This document shows, in pieces, positions 1 through 11,636 of a DNA stretch of 64,000 bases. Every line of letters starts with the position of its first letter. The stretch's first letter is position 1. Made by a program: the position numbers and the translations under genes. Location of the stretch: NCBI GenBank assembly GCA_023213395.1, contig CM041465.1, positions 221,161,741-221,225,740 on the forward strand, in the 5' to 3' direction. Source of the DNA: Cycas panzhihuaensis. Its lineage: Eukaryota > Plantae > Cycadophyta. Under the pieces are notes generated by a model that worked only from the letters and a program-made list of their open reading frames with translations, made no database searches and was not told the DNA's origin.

Positions 1-1759
1 TTATCCTTCTATTACCCCTCTACATATAACACCCCTTGGCCTTTCAACTAAACTAAACCACCTTTACTTTCTTAACCATTATATTCTATATACTTAATCC
101 CTTAATCTCATCCCAAACATATATTATCCTTATCCCTTACTTTCTTCACTTAAATTATCACTTCTTAAACATCCATCTTATAGGCCTCCACTCCTTAATT
201 TACCTTATAGTCCTTATCCCTCTATATTATCACCTAACTTTTAAATTTTTATATTTCTCCCTATCATCATTCTCAACTATATAAACCAATTATCATACCC
301 CTTTATCTCTTAATTTTCTCTTACAAAGTCTCCATATCTCTTGTTACTTAATTCCTTACAAAGGTTAACCTACTGCCCTTATTCTTTATCTCCCTCTTGC
401 CCTTTTATAACACCTCTTACTAAATGCTCTCTAATTCTTTATTTATTTCCAATTCAACCTAATAAATTGTTTCCCCATATAGAACAACCTAATGGAGTCC
501 AAACCCCCATTCCTTCTACTTATTCTATTAGCTACATATATAGATTATTATCAATATCTTACATAGTCCACAATAACCCTATTTTCCCTTAAAGTTCCTA
601 CCTTTATTACATTCCTACATAGAACCTCAACTATATATTCCATTATATTCTGACTAATTAATGCAATTCCTAAATTCTATATACCACTCCTATGTGCCCC
701 CATTTTATCTAATTCTTCATTTAATATCATACTCCTATTCCTTGTTCATTTCTAAACCATATTGATACATGAGATCCATATTTTTACCCCTATTCCTACC
801 TATTTCTAGGGAAGAATTCTTATTACTATAATATAGAAGTAAGATACATGATCTTGAGTAATCTAAAACCTTAACAGATAGGTTCCAAGTACTAATAAAA
901 TAGATTAGTGTTCCCTGAAAAGATTTTAAGAACAAGAATATTGAATGTTCCATAGTCAAGGGTACTCCATTAAATAAATAGGTTTCAAGAAACACATACG
1001 TTTTATATTATGAATTGACTTATTAGATTGATTAAATAGAGTTTATATTAGACGGGTCAATATATGAAAAGTTATACCTTTCGGGAAAGGTCTTCAGGCT
1101 ATTATAAATATCAACAATTATAATAAATTGATCATAGCTTTATTTCTCAATTAATATATTCAATTCATTTATTTCTATATTATTTATTCTCTAAACTTTA
1201 ATAATTAGTATTAAAGTGAGTATGATCATATGAAGCTAAGCATAAATTTACCATCTGACTAAGAGATCAATCAAAACTAACTAGATCATTCACATACTTA
1301 CTAGTGATAAGAAGGGTAATTGAGAAAACTCCATAGTGCATCTACGAAGCATAAATTTATAGAGTGTAGGAAGTTCCATCATAGGTGGACTTTTATAGAA
1401 GATAAGAGTTTTGGAAGACATACTATAATCTATCAATATTTGTTCTTATAAAGATAATATATGATAAGTATCTTATTATCTTTCATCATAGTAGTATTAA
1501 AGGTAGAGGTGTCTATCATACTTAGAGTAGGATATAAAGTTGTAGGCTTATCTCTATTCATGTGGGATTATAAATTTGAATTAACTAAGCCATTTATTTG
1601 ACATTTAGACCATTTAATTTTGTAGAAGTGGATGCTAGATTATCATAGATTACCATATTGGGCCATCTCAAATCACTAAGAGATTGACATGCCAGATCAT
1701 CATATTATAAGTTAGAATTTTAGAAGGTGTTGAATAAACAAGCATGGGTAATAGATCAT

Positions 1760-2156
1760 TGTTAGGGTTAATGTTCCTTACCTAACTCCCACCTTAGAAA
1801 CATGTGAGTGCACACATATTCATAGTAAGTTAAGGTAAGATTATTTTATTGTGCATTACCATTATTTTATATTATTTTAAATTTAGAGGTTGAGGAGGTT
1901 TTCCTCCTTCCTCCCAAGTATATATTTTATAGGGTTCTAAACCCTGGTGTTCTTCAACACTACCATCTACTCAGGAATCTCATATACTCTCTTCAAAATG
2001 GATTAATACAATGTTATTTCATAGGTGTATTTTGAATATGGCTTGAATTATATGCATTCACGTGCTCCACTCTGTCTTGCATTTTCAATTCTAACATGGT
2101 ATTAAATCACATTGGTACACCTACATTTGGTATCAAAGCATATTGGTTCACCTACA
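1760..2156 (+). repeat. 5' LTR of gag-only element 1 (contains two internal PBS-like units)
   Basis: TGTTAGGG...CCTACA; colinear with 6399-6795. Confidence 0.92.
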
Positions 2157-2158
2157 TT

Positions 2159-2170
2159 TGGTACTAAAGC
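2159..2170 (+). promoter_or_regulatory. Primer-binding site (tRNA-iMet type, decayed)
   Basis: TGGTACTAAAGC versus consensus TGGTATCAGAGC, 2 nt after the LTR end. Confidence 0.8.
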
Positions 2171-5100
2171 ATAGATCTTGGCCACCTATATTAGAGTATT
2201 GATTCCACTTTATGACAAGTAAATATTTCATTATTTCATCAGTTTTATAAAGTTTATTAATATTTTTATATAGATTTTTATTAATATTTGGCTATTATTG
2301 ATATGTATACTCCATTTAATCAGTATTTCTTTATATTTTTGTAGCTATAGTATGCACATTTATCCTACCAATCATTTGGTATAATTATTTTAAAGTTTTG
2401 TTTGTTATTTTACAAGATTTTAATCATTTTCCACAAAAATTTTAAGGTTTTTTCAAGTTCCTAAACTTTGGCAGTCTAGTACGATCTCCACACTACTCAG
2501 AACCATGTCAAGTGACCACTCGTTAGACTCTTCTCTGAGTTTTCTATGCTCCAGAAAAGATGGTTCAAAAAATTGTCACTTCTATAGTGAGTTATAGCTA
2601 TCAGAAGCCCAGTATACCTCATTGTCTATTAAAACCCCCAAGCTCCAAAGTGGAAATTACTCCTTTTAGCTTTATTTCTTATTAGATCTTCATGAAACTT
2701 AATAGCAAAGCATTTTTAAGCCTGTAGAGTCTATTCATGATGATTTCCCAACGTCATTTTAGTTGTACGACCCCTATTCCCTCCACGATCTCCTTATCTT
2801 TGGTAGGCTTGCTCTCAGTTTGTATTTATCCATTTCCCATGAAAATTTAGGGGCACCTCAACATCAATACGAGCAAGGCTCCTCTTTAATTTCATCATGA
2901 GTTTTGATCTTTGTGAGAAGAATAAGCTCCCTAAGTGTCTTCCATTTGTGTAACCTCTTTGTTACATTTTTTGCATGTTTTATATATTAAAAATTATATG
3001 TTTTCGAAAAATTTCTTATTGATCTTGTGTCTAAATCTATGGCACCCCCTTACACATCAATTTTGATTGATTTCTAGCTAATTTTCATTAATAAAATTGC
3101 CTCTGCATCACCGTATAGAGATGTGCAACTTGCATGAACATTTTTGCATAAAAAATATCATTTTTTTCAAAGTTTTTTTCATTGATCCTCATCGTGGATC
3201 TATGACACCCCTCCCAATATCATCTTTGATTAATATTATCATTGTTTCAGTTAATTTCTATGTGAAAGTCACATCTTTACTCTTCGTCATTTTTACGGCC
3301 GTCATTTTTATTCAAAAATCTTTATTTTTTTTAAATGTTTGATGAAATTTAAGTGGATTATATTATAATTTCAATTCTGGGCATGTTTTTGGGCTTAAGC
3401 CCCCTCCGTCAACTAGCCTCCAATCCCATGCAACCTCCATATGACCCTTATTTTTTATGGATATTAAATAATTAAAAACTCTTTTGAAACATTTTTGTTT
3501 AATAAAAAAATATATCTCTTATTTGATAATTTTTGAGATCTAGGGCCCCTTAGGATTATATCCACTAGTCCTATGGCCCTACATGTGATTATAATCCTAT
3601 TGACAAAGAGGCTAAAGACCTTATCATCATTTTTTTATTTTGATTTTTTTGGCTAAGGAGGATTGTTTACTTTTTTAGTTACATCTCTACACTAGGAAGT
3701 TGGTTCCACGATCTATTAGACTTGTTGGATTCCTAATTTAGAGCTCTACAACTTGGATTCCTTATTTATTTGATTTGAGCCATTTTTTACAGAGTTTAAT
3801 TAGGTCAAAGTTGACCTCCATTTATTACTCACATTTCATTAGCCATAAAAGCGTCTTTTCACTATTTCTTTAATAACGTAAGTTTTACAACTTTGTTTCT
3901 CAAGCCATTTGAACCGTTTGAAAGATTTTTCAGAGCTCTACATAACAGAATAGGTTTCATCTCATTCTAATATTATTTTATAGGTCACTAAAACCCCTAA
4001 AATCAAGGTTATATTTTAGTCTTAATTAGACACTTTTGGAGATACTTTGAGCCATATTTTCCTTCTAACTAAATATATTTGATTGATATTTATAAATAAC
4101 TAATTATTGATGATATTTACTAGTATTTATAAGATTCATAAGTTGTTTTATAGCCTTTTAGCATGCTTTTTGGCTTCTAGAGTAGTAGGAGCCCTATTCA
4201 AGTCAAAAGCAACAAATGGGTACCACTTACCATATTATTTTCTTTCCATTACATCTAAAAGTGAATGTAAGTGATTTCTTTGAGTATCTTTGACTTATTT
4301 AAGAAGTTTCTTTGAGCATAATTTCCTATTTAAAGTCATTTACCTTCTTAAATGCTTAAAAAAGTGCACATTATTTATAAGAGAATCTACTAAATTGCTC
4401 ACATTTATTTCATTTATAATACATCTAAAAATATTTTCAAGTAATCTTATACGCTTTGAGCTTATTATTTTATAAGTTAAAGAAACATTTGTTTGCCTTT
4501 AGGCCACCTTATTTCTTGAAACTTCATAAGAGTATTACATTGCATAAATTATTGGTTATATTTTTTATTCCTTCAAGCTTTAAGGCCCATCTTGTTCAAA
4601 AATATCATTTCATCTTTATATAAATAATCTTTTATTCTAAAATCCATTTATATTCATCATTTTAGAAAAGGATTATAAGTTTAGTCTTCATTTTAAAATC
4701 TTATCAGTTTTAAAGGTTGATTAGCTATCTTGATTGAAAAGTATTTGAAGATTGAAAGGTTCATCTCCTTGATTGAAAGAGTATTTAAGCATTTGAAAAG
4801 ATCATCTCCTTGATTCACTTGCTTATAGATTCATATTAATTCATTAAAATAATCACATTGAAAGTGAATACATTCTCATTGAAAGCTAATTAAAGTTATT
4901 TTTCATGGAGCTTCTACTATTTAAAAGATAAAGTTTGCATAAGAAAATCTTAATCTTATTTCATTATTAAGTTATCTTTATATTAAGGCATTTATTTAAA
5001 GAAATATACATATATTTTTCAAGCTATTTTCTTTCCAAGCAAGTTGTTCTATTGTTCAAGGAGAAATGTTTTAGAATTGAAAGAGAATAGTTACATATTT

Positions 5101-5700
5101 ACATCCATATTACTTTATTAAAAGGAAATATTTTGATCTTTGACTTCATTTCCTATAGTAAATTGATTCAAAAGCATTGATTATCTTTTCATTTAAAATT
5201 GTATTCAATCTTTCTTATTTAAAACTTTTTATGTCTTGATCTTAATAAGGAATTGAAATTGAAGGATCATCTTTTGCTCCATTTCAACTTTAAAAAGTAT
5301 TTCAAGTTGCATTTCATTACATACGATTATTTAAAGGCATATTATTTCTTTTTTAAGTCTTATGAGAATTAATATACAAGTAGCATTCATTGAAAGGATA
5401 TCGTTTTTATTATTATCAAGTTACTTCTGACTTATGAAAGTAGTCATTTAAAAATTCTTTATATAATTCAAGTTCTTTGACTTTCATGTAAAAGGCACAT
5501 TCAAATTTATTTAAGGATATCTCTATCATATTTGAAAGCTTAAACATACTATATTACATTACATTATATTTCTCTTTAATATATCATTTTAAAGGATTAT
5601 TTATCATTTATTTATCTCATTTTAAAAGAAAACATCTATCTTGCATTACTTAAGGAGATATACCTCTTATTTCATTAGGTGTTGTGATTCATTGATTACA

Positions 5701-6389
5701 ATGGCAATGATTGATAATAACATTAGGTTCCCTATATTTGATAAGATAAATTTTTAGATTTGGAGATATATGTTAAAATCACACTTTATTGAAAATAACA
5801 TTTGAAAATTTGTAGAAGATGGTTACCTAATGAATTAACTAAATTTTAGAAAAAACCTAAAAGGGGATAATGAAGCCCTAGCATTAATGCTTTGTACCAT
5901 AGATGATGATAGACTTACTCATGTTTATGATATGACTACATTTAAATCTATTTTAGATACTCTCAATTTACTTTATAGGGGAGAAGTTTTAGATTTAAGT
6001 AAATTTAACTATATTGATAATGCATTTTTTGTGAGACAGATGATAGAACGGGTATTTCTTGATAAAAAGTCTAATGTGGAATGTAATGTTGAAGATTCCA
6101 ATGAGTTTGATGAACATAATGATGCATTTGATAAGGTTTCATATCTATCTAAACCAGTTGACACTCATCAAAAGGGTGAACTCAAAGATGAAGGCACTCA
6201 TATTTATTTGGAGCAACTTACAACTATATTTGAACCACAGTTTGTTGAAGACTATATGGGAAGGACAACAGTGTAAATTGATGACTACTTTAAAGTTAAT
6301 GATGCAGTTACAAGACATGAGCATAATAACTCTTTCAAAGTATACCACAAGTTTAAGGAGAAGTAGAATATAAATATGATGAACATTAA
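5701..6389 (+). pseudogene. gag: Truncated Copia gag N-terminus plus acidic tail, with stops and a frameshift
   Basis: MAMIDNNIRFPIFDKINF*IW...KGDNEALALMLCTIDD...ILDTLNLLY aligns with the Copia gag at 11637 (IPKFDGNNFLNW...KKDNEALALIFCALED...AWDTLQLIY). Confidence 0.8.
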
Positions 6390-6398
6390 GGTGGAGTT

Positions 6399-6795
6399 TG
6401 TTGGGGTTAATATTCCTTACCTAACTCCCACCTTAGAAACATGTGAGTGCATACATCTTCATGGTAAGTTAAGGTAAGATTATTTTATTATGCATTATCA
6501 TTATTTTATATTATTTTAAATTTAGAGGTTGAAGAGGTTTCATTCCTTTCTCCCAAGTATATATTTTATGGGGTTCTAAACCTTAGCATTCTTCAATATC
6601 ATTATCTACTCAGAAATCTTATGTACTTTCTTTACAATGGATTAATACAATGTTATTTCATAAGTGCATTTTAAATATGGCTTGAGTTATATGCATTTAC
6701 CTGCTCTGCTCTATTTTGCATTTTCAATTCTAACATGGTATTAGAGCACATTAGTACACCTCCATTTGGTATTAGAGCATATTGGTTCACTTATA
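6399..6795 (+). repeat. 3' LTR of gag-only element 1
   Basis: TGTTGGGG...CTTATA followed by TSD ATCAT. Confidence 0.92.
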
Positions 6796-8018
6796 ATCAT
6801 CACAAATTGATGCATATATCCATAGGAAAGTTTATTGGATATCTACAAATGATAGATTATTGCAAATCAATGTATACATTTACAAGATAATTCATTGGGC
6901 ATCTATATTACCCTACTAGGACCTTATATCCTAAAACAAGTAGTAGAGCATGGTAAGCGAGGTGATAAGGAATATGAGATAGTATAGTAATATAGTAATT
7001 TATATGAGAAGAAGGTAAATTATTCTTATGTTCTAATGTTGCTAGGTAATGTGGGTATGACCTATTATCTTAAGAAAGTGTGTTTTATCTTATTGTGTTA
7101 GGGAAATTTATTAGTAGATTGCAATGTCAATGTGAGTTATTATTAGGGAATCAATAAGGGGATGCCTATATACCCTCATGTCCAATAAAATATAAATTAA
7201 TATAAGGGCATGACTAAATATATTAGTATAATCATATTCTCTATTCAATAGAGAACATCTGCTTGGAATAGAATATTCACTTTTAAACTTATTTATTCAA
7301 TCAAAATCACAAGGGTCACTATACAAATATATACCTATTGATATTGATCTAGCTATATCTTCTACATTGGGTGTCAATTTTCTATTTTATCATTTTTGTT
7401 ATGATCTACAATTTCTCATCTTCAAAACAAGTATAAATATGAAATATTTATCAATTTCAAGAAAAGAATATTAGTAAGAGAACTTTTCTAGAGTTAAAGC
7501 ACAACATTGAGACAAATAAAACCTATGGTGGCCAAATCTAAATATCCATTTGAACCAATATCTAATAAGAAAAATAGGAAATTAATCATGTCATAAAATC
7601 TATACATAAAACAAACACCCATAATCTTACCATATTATAATATACCCTAAACTTCTAATTATAAATTGTCACTTTATCCTTCAATGCCATACTTGATAAT
7701 TGGCTAGTATGTTGGCTCCTTTAATAGGTGGTCTCTTAGGTAGTCATAAGGTTACTAACCTAGATAACCAAACTATGGATTTAAATACTGAAAACTATGA
7801 GAGGAATACATATTAGATAATTGATCATGGTCTGTAGATCAATTAATACCAAGTTAGGCATCCTAATGAAGAACTCTAAAAATATCTAGAAGACTATAAA
7901 ATTTTAACACTAGAGGAGTAAAAGGTCAGAAGATTCCAAACACATTTCAATTGACTACAAACTATACATTCATAAAAGAAGAAGCAATTCAAGAAAATAA
8001 TAATCTAATGCCATAATT

Positions 8019-8352
8019 TGTTGGGAATAATCCCAATGTACGTGCTCCAGAGCGCTTAGGGCCCCTCAAAGCCACCTTTGAGGGCCCCTAGGGCACCTTG
8101 AGCCGTTCAACAGCCGCTCGGACCGACCACTTATTTGAGGTACATATCACCGTTATTTATTTTAATATTTTTTAAACTAACCTTAATTATTGTGCAGCTA
8201 GGGTGATGGTGCCCGACGCCTCCCCGAATTCTTTATTTAAGGGTTGGGAATACCTCCCTGGTGTTTATTAACACCGCCATTCTATTGGAAATTACCGTTG
8301 TACCCAAGATGCAATCGTTATGATGTCCTGCTCTGCTCCTATGGCTCTATCA
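8019..8352 (+). repeat. Copia 5' LTR (334 bp)
   Basis: TGTTGGG...CTATCA; about 23 substitutions (manual count, nearly all transitions) plus one 23-bp indel versus the 3' LTR. Confidence 0.97.
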
Positions 8353-8354
8353 TT

Positions 8355-8366
8355 TGGTATCAGAGC
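8355..8366 (+). promoter_or_regulatory. PBS complementary to tRNA-iMet
   Basis: TGGTATCAGAGC exact. Confidence 0.97.
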
Positions 8367-11300
8367 TACGTTGATACTATTGTCTATTTTCTGATTTTAG
8401 TTGCTCATACATCTGGCGAAACATATCCATATGACTACTTGTTGAGATTCTGGCGAGATCACCTATCCACTGGAGAAGATGGATCATAATTTCATCCACC
8501 GTGAAGGAAGTTCTCCCGCTCAGAAGTTTTCACAACCATATGGGAACCAGGTTCTTCGTTCTTTTTTTGATCTTAAATATATAAATAAATATTTTTGATA
8601 TATGCTTTTTTGCTTTGTTCTTTTGATCTTCAATATATACTTTATTGTCTTATGCACTCGATAGATCTATGATTTATGTGATCTTATATATGCGCTCGAT
8701 AGATCTGTGGTTTGTGTGATCCTCTGTATTGGATTAATCTCAGTATATATATAGCCATTTTCTTACAATTTGTGCATTATTTCACAAACATATATATAGC
8801 CTGAGCCAACTCTCTTGTCTCTTTGCACTCTCTGCGCCCATACTGAACAACTCTCCCACGTTATTAACACTGTCTAACATCTCTCTGTTAGCCGTCTTAC
8901 AAATAGTCTACGTACTTGCGTCCTTTGCCCCCCTGTGTGAAAATTGCGGTCTCTGCACCTCCGTGCTGGCCGTCTCGGCTCTCTGCCTATGTGCTGTCTC
9001 AGCCTTTGCACCGTTCGGTCTACTCTCTACGCCTCCGTGCTTGTCGTCCCGGCTCTCTGCCTCTGTTCGGTGTGTAGTCCACTTATCGGTGCGCTGCTAG
9101 CAAATACTGTCCTGCGTTGTCTCTTTAGCCGCCCCGTCTTTGCATGTGCATGTGAATTGATTCGTTGCGTTGTAGTGTTGTTTCCATCATTGTTATTTGG
9201 CTTCAATCCTCATAACTACTTATTTATTGCTCTTATACGTCAGTCATTGTATATCTATATCTTTGTGCTGTTTGGTTTGCGTCATTATTTGGCATAGCCG
9301 TACACTATCTTTGCGTCCCAATCAGATAAGCCATTCGATCATTATTCTATTGAATAATTTTAAATTTTTTATCTTTTTATTCTTGATGAGCGAGTTCACC
9401 CTCTTGTCATCGGAGGTCTTTAATCTCTGACTGATCTTGGGTTCAATCCCGGCTCAGTCCATCTTCAGGCCCATTTTTTAAGAAGTTTTTTAATAATCTA
9501 ATCTTTTAACCTTTTTTTTTTTTTAATTTTATTTTTTTATAGAGTTATTGGCGCTTTTGTGGTTATAACTTCTTGTTGGAGCATCAATTTCAGACGAAAC
9601 CTACCCCAATAGATCAGAAATTTTCTGTACACTAATTTCGACTGGTCATATGACCAATTTGGTGCCAATTTGACCCTGTTTCGACCATTTTAACATTAGA
9701 CTTTCAAAATTTCAGCTTTTTTCGCATTTTTAACAAAATCATTTTTAGAACTGGCTGTCATTTATTTCTGGTAATCTATTTTTTACCCAAATTTCCTCTA
9801 TAGTGATCTACGTTGTATAGACTTTAATACCCACTTTTTACTTTAATTTTTTGAGTTCACCTTCATTAATATTTTAATCGCTGAAATAAGGAATTTAGTT
9901 ATTTTTGCCTATTTTTTAACATTCTCCATAAAAACACCTGTTACATTTTTCACTATAACTTTCTTATTTTTTATCAGATTTTAATTTCGTTAGCTTCGTT
10001 GGGAAGCTGACTCATTTCTCTTCATTTTGACATATTTTTCTATATATTTTGACCTTATCTTCCTGAATTTCAAATCAGTCAAAGTTGAGGTATCTCATTG
10101 CCCTAAATCTACTGTTTCTTACACCTCCTTTTAATATATTTTTTCAAAATTTTCAATTGAAAGAACATTGAACACTTCATAAACAATATTTAATCATTTT
10201 TTCAATTTTTTCTAAAAGATAATTAGTAATTTTATGTAATTTTGTCTACCTTACTCCTGTTAGGCTCCATAAGGAGGTCCATTCCTTTGCCTCATTCAAA
10301 ACGTGATTTATTGGTACCCGTTTTCAAAACTGTTACTTTCATTGGATTCATACCTTATTAATCTACATATTGGTAGAATTTTAAGTTATTCTGACATTAT
10401 TTAATATAGTTTTTAAGCTATTAAAGTTGAGCATATACGTACATCCTAATAAGCTTGTTTTCTTTCAAAATTTTTAAAGAAAATTCTAGTTCATATCTCA
10501 TTGTTTACTCAAAGTTTCTGCTTGATCTTTTTACAAGCATTTTAAATTGTTTTGAACCAGAAATTATTCATAAGGCAATATATATATCTTTATCAAAGAA
10601 AAGTTATTTTTATACAAAAAGGGATTTTTTTTTACATTGAATATTTACATTTACTCATTTGAGAAATTGGCATTTTTTGAAAACTCTTTATTTTCAAAAG
10701 TTTATTTCAAGTTTTGCATAAGTGAAAAGTTTTTTAAGTTTGCTTTCAAATGCATAATTACTTTCTTATTGATCATTATACTTTAAAAGTGTATCAAAGT
10801 TGTTAAAAAATATCATCTTTCTTGCACTTATAAAAAGAAAATTGCATTTCTTTTTCAAAGGCATATTACATCTATTTGAAGGGCATTATATTTTTTGAAA
10901 AAAACAAAAAGAGTTTTTGTAAAAGTTTTCATTTCATCTTACTTAGAGCATTTTTTTCTGTTTTATTATCAAAGGAATTTTTCTTTTTCTAAGCAAGACC
11001 ACATTGCTAAATAGATTAATTTCCACATTAAATAAGATAATTCTGAATTGAACCACACTTTTTTTCCAACCTTGCAAGGGGCAGTTGGGACCCCGGGTTA
11101 CCACTCCCACACGCTAATCACCCTACTCATATTGGATGAGGATGACCATTAGCTATCGTGTGTATACTGGTGGCGGTGAGGTGTAGAACCTTTTCATTTC
11201 ATGGTGTTTAGAGACCAAGGCTAGACCTGGAGAGGGTGAGTGCCTTGGTTCGAGAACCTTCACCGCTAGATCTATTGTTAGGCATAAGTCTGGCGTAGGT

Positions 11301-11636
11301 GGACCAACAATTCAGGGGGGTGTCAAAGCCTTCTTAGTAGCCCACGTATTGAGGTATATAGAGCTTAGTGCTCCATACCGGTATAAAGGGTCCCTGTTTT
11401 GCCATCTGTGGGTAGGCGCCACTAGACAGAATAGCAACCGAATGTTGCCCCAGGAGAAACATAAACTTAGAGCCTAGTAGCCTTTCTAGGTCCCAGTTCA
11501 TTTATTTAAACTTTTGGAAAACCTTGGGATATATATTTAGAAATAATTTCTTTCATTTAAGTTCTTTCAAATTTTTTACATTCAAATATTTTTGCTATTG
11601 CATTTATCACATTTTATACAACTTTAATTTAAAATA

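Larger units (their letters stand above)
1760..6795 (+). mobile_element. Non-autonomous Copia-derived LTR element with only a truncated gag (TR-GAG/LARD-like), copy 1
   Basis: Two 397-bp direct repeats (1760-2156 and 6399-6795; TG..CA/TA). TSD ATCAT at 1755-1759 and 6796-6800. tRNA-iMet-type PBS at 2159. PPT AAGGTGGAG before the 3' LTR. No pol motifs seen. Confidence 0.92.

Noticed and set aside
1-900. Pyrimidine-skewed region with short ORFs
   Set aside because: No recognisable motif; probably very old TE debris
940-1217. Possible old LTR with decayed PBS TAGTATTAAAGT (1206-1217)
   Set aside because: All mismatches are transitions, so it is plausible, but no partner LTR or TSD could be identified
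2097-2170. tRNA gene or CRISPR call for the PBS array
   Set aside because: Only 12-nt complements of the tRNA 3' end; no cloverleaf and no cas genes
11078-11496. Hammerhead ribozyme or group II intron call
   Set aside because: No CTGATGA...GAAA core or domain V consensus recognisable; left as an unassigned structured candidate
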